Below are positions 1-9,651 of a stretch of DNA of 64,000 nt, in pieces. The notes under the pieces are model-generated. The model was not told where the DNA came from. It saw only the letters and a program-made list of their open reading frames with translations, and did not search any database. Each line of letters begins with the position of its first letter. Position 1 is the first letter of the stretch. Made by a program: the position numbers and the translations under genes. This stretch comes from Mycobacterium sp. (lineage in GTDB: Bacteria > Actinomycetota > Actinomycetes > Mycobacteriales > Mycobacteriaceae): the NCBI GenBank assembly GCA_025965895.1, contig JAOPWC010000127.1:16037-80036 (forward strand). Reading direction: 5' to 3'.

Positions 1-735
<735 letters not shown>

Positions 736-904
736 CCAGCGGCCAAGTCGCGTACGCAGCGACGCATATCCGCAGGACATGGGAGCCGCATCTGGTGTCC
801 GGACCGCCTGCCTCACTAGCAGACACCACGCCGGGCCCACACACATCCCACCTCACCTCAGCAGGGAGATCTAACCTGCAAGAACGAGGAAGGAAAACCG
901 CATC

Positions 905-1018
905 GTGGGCAAATGGGAACGCGGGTTCTACATCTTTTGGGCCGTCGGAACCGCGATCACCATCATCACCGCCGCCGTCACCGACGATCCCGAATGGGAG
1001 TTCGAAGACCGCCGCTAA
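905..1018 (+). CDS. Unannotated 37-aa single-TM mini-protein (VGKWERGFYIFWAVGTAITIITAAVTDDPEWEFEDRR)
   Basis: GTG start about 10 nt after GGAAGGAA. In-frame TAA at 872-874 upstream, so the ORF is delimited. High GC3. One hydrophobic helix plus an acidic W-E-F-E-D tail. Below the 60-aa cut-off of the ORF track. Confidence 0.35.
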   Translation: MGKWERGFYIFWAVGTAITIITAAVTDDPEWEFEDRR

Positions 1019-1048
1019 GCGCACGCTGCGATGAAGAACGGTTAGGCG

Positions 1049-2488
1049 TCAGACGTCGGGTGTGCGGTGGGCCCAGGGGTTCGCCTGTTCGAGCTGGCTG
1101 GCGATGCGGAACAGGACGTCTTCACGACCGTAGGCGGCGACGAGCTGCGCGCCGACCGGCAAGCCCTCGGCCGTCCACTGCAGCGGGAGGCTGATGGCTG
1201 GTTGGCCGCTGGTGTTGAACGGGGGAGTGAACGGCACGAACTGGCCGGCGCGCCGCATCGCCGACATCGGATGATCGGGGTTGTTGACGATGGTGCCGAG
1301 CTTGATCGGCACCTCGGCGAGTGTCGGCGTGAGCAGCAGATCCCAGCCGTCGTGCCACCACGACTGCAGCGCCCGCCGGTACTGGGCGACGGCTGACAGT
1401 GCGAGCGCATAGTCGATGGAGGTGAAGTGCCTGGCGAAGTCGGCCTGGACCCGGTTCATCGGCTCCAGTTCGTGATCGGCCAACGGACGGCCGAGCTGAT
1501 CTTCGAAGCGGCGCTGCGACAGTCCCATGTTGGCGCTCCACAGCGCGCCGAACTTCGAGCCGAACGTGTCGTCCTGCAATGCCGTCGGCCACGCCGCCTC
1601 GACATGGTGGCCCAACGATTCGAGCAGCTTGCCGACGGCCTGCGTGGCATCGCTGACGTCAGCCTCGACAAGGCCGCCCTGCGGGTGATGGTCGAGGATC
1701 CCGATGCGCAGCCGGCCCGGGTCCGCGCCGAGCTCGTCGACGTACGGACGTGTGGGCGGTGGCGCCATCACGGTGTCGCCGATGCCGGGCCCGCGGGTCG
1801 CGTCGAGCAACGCGGCGCTGTCGCGAACGGTGCGGCTGAGGCAGTGCTCGACCGACAGTCCGCTCTCGTCGCGGACCGGGCCGAGCGTGATGCGGCCCTG
1901 GCTCGGTTTGAGCCCGACGAGCCCGCAGCACGACGCCGGGATGCGGATCGACCCGCCGCCGTCGCTGGCGTGGGCGAACGGCACCATCCCCGCCGCGACG
2001 GCTGCGGCCGCACCACCGCTTGATCCACCGGGCGTGCGCGTGATGTCCCATGGGTTGCGGGTCGGTCCCCACGCGACCGGCTCGGTGGTCGGCACGCTGC
2101 CCAGCTCCGGGCTGTTCGTGCGGCCGGCGATCACCAGCCCCGCCGCGCGGTAGCGGCTGACCAGGGTCGTGTCGGCATCGGAGATGACGCGCGCTTCCTT
2201 GAACGCGACGTTGCCGTTGCTGATCGGCTGCCCCGCGTACCCGGCGAAGAGGTCCTTGATGAGGAACGGCACGCCGCGGAACGGGCCGTTGGGCAGATCG
2301 GCGCTTGCGGCGGTCTCGCGCGCGTGGTCGAACCAGCGGATCACGACCGCGTTGAGGACCGGATCGATGCGTTCGATGCGCTCGATCGCTGCCTCCAGCA
2401 GCTCGCTCGGCGACACCTCGCCCGACGCGACCAGGGCCACCTGATCGGTCGCATCCATCCAACGGGTCTGATCGGCAAGCGCGCTCAC
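1049..2488 (-). CDS. Amidase (amidase-signature family)
   Basis: 479 aa. AS motif [46 protein letters not shown]. Confidence 0.9.
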   Translation of the reverse strand: MSALADQTRWMDATDQVALVASGEVSPSELLEAAIERIERIDPVLNAVVIRWFDHARETAASADLPNGPFRGVPFLIKDLFAGYAGQPISNGNVAFKEARVISDADTTLVSRYRAAGLVIAGRTNSPELGSVPTTEPVAWGPTRNPWDITRTPGGSSGGAAAAVAAGMVPFAHASDGGGSIRIPASCCGLVGLKPSQGRITLGPVRDESGLSVEHCLSRTVRDSAALLDATRGPGIGDTVMAPPPTRPYVDELGADPGRLRIGILDHHPQGGLVEADVSDATQAVGKLLESLGHHVEAAWPTALQDDTFGSKFGALWSANMGLSQRRFEDQLGRPLADHELEPMNRVQADFARHFTSIDYALALSAVAQYRRALQSWWHDGWDLLLTPTLAEVPIKLGTIVNNPDHPMSAMRRAGQFVPFTPPFNTSGQPAISLPLQWTAEGLPVGAQLVAAYGREDVLFRIASQLEQANPWAHRTPDV

Positions 2489-2602
2489 GCCAGCCTGTGT
2501 AGCACGAAATGCTCACGCCGTGAACGGGTCATCCGCCCGCGACGCATCGTGCCGGACTTTCGGCTGGCGGAAGTCATCTGACCAGCGCAAACGAACTGCT
2601 CG

Positions 2603-2713
2603 TCAGTCTTCGAAGTGACGGTCGTAGTCCCACCGCTCAATCCGCGACTGTAAGACGTGCATCCCGATGGTGGCTCCCAGGCCGATCAGCACAATCAACA
2701 CCACAGCCAACAT
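2603..2713 (-). CDS. Unannotated 36-aa single-TM mini-protein (MLAVVLIVLIGLGATIGMHVLQSRIERWDYDRHFED)
   Basis: The ATG lies 2 nt after the TGA of the upstream propeller gene. It is preceded by GAGGAGG (GCCGAGGAGGCGTGACGATG). Hydrophobic N-terminus with an acidic W-D-Y-D tail. Good GC3. Confidence 0.45.
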   Translation of the reverse strand: MLAVVLIVLIGLGATIGMHVLQSRIERWDYDRHFED

Positions 2714-2715
2714 CG

Positions 2716-4008
2716 TCACGCCTCCTCGGCGTCGCGCGGTAGCGATGCCACTGAGATGACGGTGACCGTGCCGGCCCAATAGTCCGCGACATAGAGCCGC
2801 TCACCGTCAGCGCTGAGCGCCACCGCCTCCGGATCGCCACCGACGTCGATCGTGTCGAGGACCGCGTTGCTGATCGTGTCGATCACCGACACGGCATGGT
2901 GGCCGAAATCCGTTATGTAAGCCCGCTTCCCGTCGCCACTGAACTGCAGCCGACGCGGCAGATCACCGGCACGGACAGATTCCGCGAGATTGGTCACCGT
3001 GTCAACGACGACCAGCGCGTCCAGGCATGTGACGTACAACTGCGTGCCGTCCGGTCGCACCGCTGCTGACAGCGGGGCGTCCACAGGGGAGACCGAGGTC
3101 GCGCATTGACGGGCCAGGTCGATCGACGAGACCGCGTTGGTGTCGTAGTGGGTGACGTAAAGCCCTGAACCGTCGGGGCTGACGGTGACGGTGCTCGGCG
3201 ACACCGGCACCTCAATAGTGTCGACGACGGTGTGAGCGTCGGTGTCGATTACCGAAACCGAACCGGAGCAGTACTGGTAGTAGGAGCTGCGCTCGCGTGT
3301 CACGACGTACAGGCGGCTGCCGTCGGGACTCACATCCAAGTCTGCCGCGTAGCTGTCCACCGGCACCATGGCCACCTTCGTGCCGTCGGCATCGATGACG
3401 GAGATCCAACTACTGTCACCCTCGCCGAGCATCGGGTGATGCGCCGAATAGATGTACTTGCCGTCCGGGCTGACGACCTCAGCGGTGCTCGGACTGTTGA
3501 CGACACTGCTCGCCGTGTTGTCGGCGGTGTTGATGATCGTGAGCGAACCGTCGTAGTCGGTGACGTAGAGAATTCTTCCGTCACCGCTCATACTCAGCCG
3601 TTTGACGTCGTGGCCGGTGGGAATGGTGGCGACGACGTGGTGGAAAGCACTGATCGCCATGACCGAGTCAGTGGTGGCGATGTACAGCTGATCATTGCCG
3701 GGGCTGACCGCGATGTCGCACACCCGGACGCCAAGCGGGATCGTCGTGACGACGGGCTCGCGTGTCCGCTCGCCGGCATCCGGAATCGAGGTGGCGTGCC
3801 GATCGGCCTTCGTGTCAACTGTCCATAGATGAGTACATGCCGGGCATTGCAGTAAAAGGCGCGTGCCTTCGTTCCGCAGCAAGTATTGCCAGTGGGTATC
3901 GCAATTGCGACGGCTTTCGCACTCAGCGCAGCCGTCGCCCTGATTGCAGTTGGGACAGGTAAGCCATGCCCGCCTGCTGCCGTCAGCGTCGGGGTCGATA
4001 GGCAACAT
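2716..4008 (-). CDS. Cys-rich zinc-ribbon + YVTN-type beta-propeller repeat protein (about 430 aa)
   Basis: ATG at 4008 is preceded by AAAGGA. N-terminus has CPNC-x5-CAEC-x6-C-x2-H ... CPAC-x-H. Eight repeats of the type VSPDG(K/S)xLYV (VSPGNDQLYIAT, MSGDGRILYVTD, VSPDGKYIYSAH, VSPDGSRLYVVT, VSPDGSGLYVTH, VRPDGTQLYVTC, FSGDGKRAYITD, LSADGERLYVAD). The frame stays open upstream to 4575, so a non-ATG start with a TM segment (GTG at 4161) cannot be excluded. Confidence 0.75.
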   Translation of the reverse strand: MLPIDPDADGSRRAWLTCPNCNQGDGCAECESRRNCDTHWQYLLRNEGTRLLLQCPACTHLWTVDTKADRHATSIPDAGERTREPVVTTIPLGVRVCDIAVSPGNDQLYIATTDSVMAISAFHHVVATIPTGHDVKRLSMSGDGRILYVTDYDGSLTIINTADNTASSVVNSPSTAEVVSPDGKYIYSAHHPMLGEGDSSWISVIDADGTKVAMVPVDSYAADLDVSPDGSRLYVVTRERSSYYQYCSGSVSVIDTDAHTVVDTIEVPVSPSTVTVSPDGSGLYVTHYDTNAVSSIDLARQCATSVSPVDAPLSAAVRPDGTQLYVTCLDALVVVDTVTNLAESVRAGDLPRRLQFSGDGKRAYITDFGHHAVSVIDTISNAVLDTIDVGGDPEAVALSADGERLYVADYWAGTVTVISVASLPRDAEEA

Positions 4009-4261
4009 GGTCAGTCCTTTAGATACTGTTATCTGTCCAGATCGCGCCGTCGCCGTCGAAAGCCAGATCGAATGCAAACGCAGCCGAAATATCCTGTGGC
4101 TCAACAGCTCGCCGGCTGCTATGAATAAGACAATCCCAGTTGTGAAACCAATTGTCGCCACTGCTGGCAGCCATTTGCCATACTTGCCAGCTGCAATTTC
4201 GCGGTGCTTGCCAGCTCCACCAGCGGCGATCGTGCCAGGGGCTCGACGCCCGTACAGCCCC

Positions 4262-4906
4262 TCAGCCGGCCCGGCGGTCCGCCACGAGTTCCTGGTGAGC
4301 GGCCTCGGTGAGCAGTTTGCGCAGTCGCTGTCGCCCCCGGTGGAGTCGCGACATGACGGTGCCTTTGGGGGTGCCCATGATCTCGGCGATCTCCCTGTAC
4401 CGGAACCCCTGCACATCGGCGTAATACAGCACAGTCCGGAACTCCTCCGGCAAAGTCTCCATCGCCGCCTTGATCGGGCTGTCAGGCAGCGCATCGAGCG
4501 CCTGGTCTTCGGCGGAACGCGTTGCCGCCCAGCCCGGAAGGGTATCGGTCCGGAGTTGCTGGTCTGTTGAGTCATCGAACGGGAACGCGGTCGGGCGGCG
4601 CTTGTTCTTGCGATAGCCGGTGATGTAGGTGTTGGTCATGATCCGGTGCAACCACGCGGTGGCGTCGGTTCCGGTCCGAAACGACCCAAAGCCGGCGTAT
4701 GCCCTCAGCATCGTCTCCTGGAGCAGATCCTCGGCATCCGCGTGATTGCGTGTCGTGCGCAGGGCGTGGTGGTAGAGCCGGGCCGCGACGGGCAGGGCAG
4801 CGGATTCGAAACGCGCACGATAGTCGTCCTGAGCCGAATCCTCTTCCGCTTGACCGCCATTTGCCGCCTCGACGCCCAAAGGCGGTTGCGGGGCAAGCGA
4901 TGTCAT
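4262..4906 (-). CDS. ECF RNA polymerase sigma factor, SigH family paralogue
   Basis: Region 2: [24 protein letters not shown]...[21 protein letters not shown]. Region 4: [41 protein letters not shown]. Collinear by eye with mycobacterial SigH. Confidence 0.9.
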   Translation of the reverse strand: MTSLAPQPPLGVEAANGGQAEEDSAQDDYRARFESAALPVAARLYHHALRTTRNHADAEDLLQETMLRAYAGFGSFRTGTDATAWLHRIMTNTYITGYRKNKRRPTAFPFDDSTDQQLRTDTLPGWAATRSAEDQALDALPDSPIKAAMETLPEEFRTVLYYADVQGFRYREIAEIMGTPKGTVMSRLHRGRQRLRKLLTEAAHQELVADRRAG

Positions 4907-5017
4907 GGGTCAAGGATTGCGGTATCGACACCACATGTCGTCAACGCTGGCGCCCATTGTTCTTTACTGCCAGCCGGAAAAGCCTGACAACGCCGCGCGT
5001 CGCCGCCGCGCCGCGGA

Positions 5018-5401
5018 CTAAGCCTGGCCGTCGATCAGTAGCCCATGAATTGCAGACGCGGACAGCGCCGCCTTCGGCACGAATCCCAGCGCGGGGCTGT
5101 CCTCTATCAGTTCCGCGAAGTCCTGTTGGGAGTGGGTCGAGGTCAAGATCACCGCGGGCGAACCCGCGCCTTCCCCCCGGTGCAGCCTCTGAGCCAAGTC
5201 GAATCCGTCCTCGCCGCCCAGGTCGACGTCGACGAGCATGACGTCGGGACCTAGCTGGGCGGCAGAATGCAACGCCTCGGCGATGGTCGATGCCACACCG
5301 ACCACTGCGATGCCACCGCTCTCGAGGACGCTCGTTGCGGTTTCCAGAAACTCGCGGTTGTCATCAACGATGAGGCAACGCACGGACTTCTGCGACACCA
5401 T
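5018..5401 (-). CDS. Stand-alone response-regulator receiver (CheY-like, no output domain)
   Basis: LIVDDNREF...DVMLVDVDLGGEDG...VILTS...GFVPKAAL, i.e. canonical DD / D / T / K receiver residues. Start chosen at MVSQKS; upstream Met codons are possible. Confidence 0.75.
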   Translation of the reverse strand: MVSQKSVRCLIVDDNREFLETATSVLESGGIAVVGVASTIAEALHSAAQLGPDVMLVDVDLGGEDGFDLAQRLHRGEGAGSPAVILTSTHSQQDFAELIEDSPALGFVPKAALSASAIHGLLIDGQA

Positions 5402-5682
5402 CAGACCACTCTCTCGATCGAAGGGACATTTGCGCATCCCGGCTAGCGGGAACCTGCAGCGCATGCCGCCAGGATGTTACCGCGCGATTACCTGTGCCGG
5501 TTGTCAACAGGCTTGGCGTAGTTGCTCCGCCCACCGTGTTCGGGAACGCGGCCAAACCCAGACTTGGGTGGTGGCTCCCAGCCGGGCCCTGACTCCCAGG
5601 ATGTGTACCTCGATTTCACGATCCCGCAGCAGCGCTCTGGGTGAGAGTCGTGACGGTGTTGTGCGCATGAGGTCGATCCTTC

Positions 5683-6597
5683 TCACCGACGTGCTTTTTC
5701 CGCTGCGGTGACGGCTGCGGCGACGTCGTCGTCGCCGTGTCCGTCTGCGATTGCTCGCCGCCACCGCTCGAGCAGCGCGGTCGTAAGGGCAAGTTGGACT
5801 CCGTGGTCGCTCGCCGCGTCTACTGCCAGGGTGGCGTCTTTCGCCGCATGTCGCAGCGGGAACCCGGGGGCGAAGTCGCCGCTCAGCATTGCGCCGGCTT
5901 TGTCCATGGCATAGCGCGCCGCCAATGCGCCGCCGTCGATGGTAGTCAAAAACAGCCGCGGATCCAGGCCCAGCCCCTCACTGAGCGCGAGCGATTCGGC
6001 AATTCCTTCGACAAGGATCGCCAGCCAGTTGTTGAGTACCAGCTTGAGCCGGCTACCGTCGCCCACCTCCGTCAGCCACACCGTACGGGACCCTAAGGTG
6101 CCGAAGATCGGCTCGAGCCGGGCCCGATGTGGCCGGCCTCCTGAAGCCAGGATGACCAGCTGTCGATGCCTGGCCGCCTCGGCGCTCCCGGACACCGGAG
6201 CGTCAACGAACGCAACTCCCTGCTGAGCGCCCAACTGCGCCAAGCGATCACACCACTTGACACCGACGGTGCTCATCTGCACCCATATTGCGCCCGGCTT
6301 GACCGCGTGCAGTGCCCCGTCGGGACCCGTCATCACGGCATCCACGGTGGCGCCGTCGCTGAGCATGGTGATCAGCACGTCTGCTCCGTGGGCCGCGAGG
6401 GCGGGGGAGGCCCGGTACGCGGCACCCGCTTGGATCAGCGCTTCGGTCTTGGCCCGCGAGCGGTTCCAGATTTGCACCTCGAACCCGGCGGTCAGCAGGT
6501 TGCGGACGAACTCCGAGCCCATGATGCCCGTGCCGAGCACCGCGATTCGCTGCACCTCAACGCGCGGTTGCGGCCCACCCGCGGTGTCGTCGCTCAT
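5683..6597 (-). CDS. NAD(P)-dependent oxidoreductase, 3-hydroxyisobutyrate/6-phosphogluconate dehydrogenase-like
   Basis: Rossmann motif IAVLGTGIMGSEFVRNLLTAGFEVQIWNRS. Start set at MSDDTAGG rather than the longest ORF. Confidence 0.8.
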   Translation of the reverse strand: MSDDTAGGPQPRVEVQRIAVLGTGIMGSEFVRNLLTAGFEVQIWNRSRAKTEALIQAGAAYRASPALAAHGADVLITMLSDGATVDAVMTGPDGALHAVKPGAIWVQMSTVGVKWCDRLAQLGAQQGVAFVDAPVSGSAEAARHRQLVILASGGRPHRARLEPIFGTLGSRTVWLTEVGDGSRLKLVLNNWLAILVEGIAESLALSEGLGLDPRLFLTTIDGGALAARYAMDKAGAMLSGDFAPGFPLRHAAKDATLAVDAASDHGVQLALTTALLERWRRAIADGHGDDDVAAAVTAAEKARR

Positions 6598-6756
6598 GCT
6601 TTCAGGATCGCCTGCGCGGGGGCTTGGTGTCGTCAACGCTGACGCCCATCCGAGATTCCGGTCAGCTGCAATCGGCGCCGCCGGCCAGGTGCCGACAGCC
6701 GTTTCGCCCGACCGTTTCGCCCGACTCGCCATGCCAAGTGGTGTGCTCGGTGCAAG

Positions 6757-7506
6757 ATGGTCTCGCAAGCTAGTCGCACCGCTTCGGAAGGACACCCGTT
6801 GCCCGACACGTCCAGCGCTCACGCCGGCCGGCCCGACGACGCCGATTCAGCGGCTGTCCCGTTGCGTGCGGTGGTCGCCGAAGACGAAACCCTGCTCCGC
6901 GAGGGTTTGGCCAGCCTGCTGGACCGCTCCGGATTTGCGGTCGTCGGTCAGGCCGGTAATGCCGTCGAATTGCTCGCGATCGTGCGCGATCAGTCGCCCG
7001 ACGTGGTGGTGGTCGACATCCGGATGCCGCCCACTCATACCACTGAGGGCCTGGACGCCGCCCGGGTGATCCGCCAGGAACTGCCTGACACCGGGATCAT
7101 GGTGTTGTCCGCCCACATCGATGTCGAGCACGCGATGGAGTTGCTGGCCAGCGGCCACGGGATCGGGTATCTCCTCAAGAGCCGGGTCACTGATGTCGCC
7201 GATTTCGTCGACAGCTTGCAGCGGATCGCAAAAGGCGCCTCGGTGGTGGACCCGGCACTGGTGCAGGAACTGGTGTCGGGACGTCGCCGTGACGACCCGC
7301 TGGCGGTGCTTTCCCCGCGCGAAGTCGAGGTGCTGGCGTTGATGGCCGAGGGCCGCTCCAACGCCGGCATCGCCCGTCGGCTATGGGTGACCGAGGGCAC
7401 CGTCGAGAAGCACGTCCGCAGCATTCTGACCAAACTGAACCTGCCCGAGGCAGACGACGACCATCGCCGGGTGCGTGCCGTGATCACGTTCCTTGACGCC
7501 AGGTGA
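6757..7506 (+). CDS. NarL/LuxR-family response regulator
   Basis: Receiver: AVVAEDETLLREGL...DVVVVDIRMPP. LuxR HTH: LSPREVEVLALMAEGRSNAGIARRLWVTEGTVEKHVRSILTKL. Start uncertain; an in-frame TTG at 6862 would give a typical short N-terminus. Confidence 0.85.
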   Translation: MVSQASRTASEGHPLPDTSSAHAGRPDDADSAAVPLRAVVAEDETLLREGLASLLDRSGFAVVGQAGNAVELLAIVRDQSPDVVVVDIRMPPTHTTEGLDAARVIRQELPDTGIMVLSAHIDVEHAMELLASGHGIGYLLKSRVTDVADFVDSLQRIAKGASVVDPALVQELVSGRRRDDPLAVLSPREVEVLALMAEGRSNAGIARRLWVTEGTVEKHVRSILTKLNLPEADDDHRRVRAVITFLDAR

Positions 7507-7657
7507 CGCGGCGCGGTTACCACTAACGGGTGGTCGGCTCTGGCGGCTGGCCGGAAGTCTCGATGGATGTCAGCGTCAACGACACCTCCTCAGATGTCGG
7601 CCAGAGTGGTCGTGCGGAGCCTGTGCGGGCGTTCATCCAGGGAGAGACACCATCGAC

Positions 7658-8632
7658 ATGAAAACCACAACACTCGGCAAGAGCGGGCTCCACGTTTCGC
7701 GGATAGCGTTCGGGACGTGGCAGCTCGGCGGAGATTGGGGCAGCTTCGACGAGGATGCCGCGATCGCGACGATCCGCCGGGCAAATGACGTCGGGGTCAA
7801 CTTCTTCGATACCGCCCAGGGCTACGGATTCGGCGCTTCTGAGCGCATCCTCGGCAAGGCCCTTCGTCCTGAGCTGATCCGCGAACGGGATCAGATTGTG
7901 ATCGCGACGAAAGGCGGTCTGCGGCCCACGGAGTCGGGACTGGTGCGCGATGCCAGCCCGGAATGGCTGCGCCGCGGCGTCGACGCCAGTCTGACCGCGC
8001 TTGGTGTCGAGCAGATCGACCTCTACCAGGTTCACTGGCCCGATCCCAAGGTTCCTGCGTCTGAGACGGCTGGTGCGCTCGCCGATCTCATCGCCGAGGG
8101 CAAGATCGCCCACGTCGGAGTGTCGAATTACGACACCGCCCAGATGGACCAGTTCTCAGCGACGCTTCCGGTGGAAACAGTGCAACCGCCCTATCATTTG
8201 TTCCGCCGCGACATCGAGGCCGAGCTGCTGCCGTATTGCCGCGTGCACGACATCGGCGTGTTGGTATACGGACCGTTGGCGCACGGTTTGCTCACTGGAA
8301 CACTCCAGCCCGACAGCCGGTTCGCCGACGACGACTGGCGCAGCAAGAGCGCAGTTTTCAGCGGCGAGACCTACCGGCGCAATCTCGAAGTCGTCGACGA
8401 TCTGAAGCGCTTCGCCGGCCAACTCGACGTCACGGTCAGCCAATTGGCCATCTCCTGGGTTCTTTCTCAGCCCGGCGTGCACGTCGCCATCGTCGGTGCG
8501 CGACGTATCAGCCACCTTGACGACAGCCTCGGCGCGGCCGACATCACCCTGACCGATGACGACCTTGCTCACATCGACAAGATCATGGGTTCGGCAACTC
8601 CGGTCGACGGCCCGTCTCCCGAAAGCGTGTGA
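7658..8632 (+). CDS. Aldo/keto reductase
   Basis: MKTTTLGKSGLHVSRIAFGTWQLGGDWG...FFDTAQGYGFGASERILG. Start at ATG 7658 rather than the longer ORF. Confidence 0.9.
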   Translation: MKTTTLGKSGLHVSRIAFGTWQLGGDWGSFDEDAAIATIRRANDVGVNFFDTAQGYGFGASERILGKALRPELIRERDQIVIATKGGLRPTESGLVRDASPEWLRRGVDASLTALGVEQIDLYQVHWPDPKVPASETAGALADLIAEGKIAHVGVSNYDTAQMDQFSATLPVETVQPPYHLFRRDIEAELLPYCRVHDIGVLVYGPLAHGLLTGTLQPDSRFADDDWRSKSAVFSGETYRRNLEVVDDLKRFAGQLDVTVSQLAISWVLSQPGVHVAIVGARRISHLDDSLGAADITLTDDDLAHIDKIMGSATPVDGPSPESV

Positions 8633-8642
8633 CGCCAACCGC

Positions 8643-8849
8643 TCACTGATGCACTGCCATCACTCGCCGCCGCGACAAATCCACCAGCGCCAGCGTGCCG
8701 GTGTCGTTCCGTGCGACCGTCACAGCGCCCGGTTGAACCGCGGTCACCCGTCCGTAGAACCCGCCTGGGCTTGCGTCCGACACGTGAACGTGCAAACCGG
8801 TGGCCGGCTGGCCGCCGGGCCCGCTGCCCCAAACGATCGTTGCGCTCAT
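8643..8849 (-). CDS. Hypothetical 68-aa protein
   Basis: ATG preceded by AAGGTGG. No recognisable motif. Confidence 0.3.
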   Translation of the reverse strand: MSATIVWGSGPGGQPATGLHVHVSDASPGGFYGRVTAVQPGAVTVARNDTGTLALVDLSRRRVMAVHQ

Positions 8850-9043
8850 GACGGCACCACCTTGATCTCGACGAATCTCGAAGATAAGCATCAGTTCTGT
8901 GGTGACAGATGTCGTCAACGCTGCCGGCCATCTCCGCATGGGGCAGCCGTCAGTTAAGACATACCTGCCAGCCGCCATCGACCGGCAGACAAGACAAGGA
9001 GCCGGCAGACAGGGCAGACAAGGAGAGGGCCTGCCGTCGAAAG

Positions 9044-9559
9044 CTAAAGTGCGTACAGGGCCGGGAGATTGACGACGATCGCCTCTTGTGTGGTACGCGC
9101 GACCACGATCACGGCAGCCTCGTCGGGGTTCGGGTTCTCTTCGCGGTGCGGCAGGTAGGGCGGAACGAAGATGTAGTCGCCCGGATTCGTGGATACCCGG
9201 ACTTCGCGTTCACCATCGTGAAAGACGAACTCCGGATGGCCACTGCGGACAAAGATGGCTGTTTCAGATTCGCCATGGTGATGGTTGCCGGACGCCACCT
9301 GCGGTCCGACGTGCGTCTCGCCCATCCACAGCTTCTCCGAACCGGCACTTCGTCCACTGATCGCGGCGAACCGGCGCATACCCTCTGTTTGTGCGGTTTC
9401 CGCATCGATCTCGGATGCCCTGACGTGATACACGCGGTTGGGCGGCCGCTCGCCGCTCGCAGTCGGAAGGTCGGGATGGAAGGCGTCGTGCGCCACTGTT
9501 GGTGCTCCTTTTTCGTAAGCCGGTTCATTGCCACAGCGAACCCGATTGAAGAATTCCAC
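9044..9559 (-). CDS. Cupin-domain protein
   Basis: 171 aa. GNHHHGESETAIFV...GDYIFVPPYLPHREEN is a cupin metal motif. Confidence 0.7.
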   Translation of the reverse strand: MEFFNRVRCGNEPAYEKGAPTVAHDAFHPDLPTASGERPPNRVYHVRASEIDAETAQTEGMRRFAAISGRSAGSEKLWMGETHVGPQVASGNHHHGESETAIFVRSGHPEFVFHDGEREVRVSTNPGDYIFVPPYLPHREENPNPDEAAVIVVARTTQEAIVVNLPALYAL

Positions 9560-9651
9560 TGTGGCGTGCGGAAGTCGTCACCGTTGGCCTACATCGACGG
9601 TGGGTGCCAGCGGGAATCGGCGGTTTTTGGTCGCGGTGACGTCGCCTGGCG

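Noticed and set aside
4009-4575. N-terminal 189 codons of the 619-aa track ORF (2716-4575)
   Set aside because: The part from 4262 to 4575 overlaps the well-supported sigma gene in another frame and is Arg/Ser/Cys-rich nonsense. A good SD plus ATG exists at 4008. Only the segment 4009-4161 (TM-like) remains an open possibility.
4907-5017. SigH-type autoregulatory promoter upstream of the ECF sigma
   Set aside because: The only GGAAC-like/GTT pair (AGAACA ... GTTGA on the minus strand) has a spacer of about 13 nt, too short for the 16-18 nt expected. The sigma may instead be co-transcribed with the receiver gene.
5504-5668. Possible histidine-kinase C-terminal remnant upstream of the receiver gene
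   Set aside because: The resemblance to a G2-box/terminal beta-strand region is weak and gapped. It is kept only as a remark inside the orphan two-component finding.
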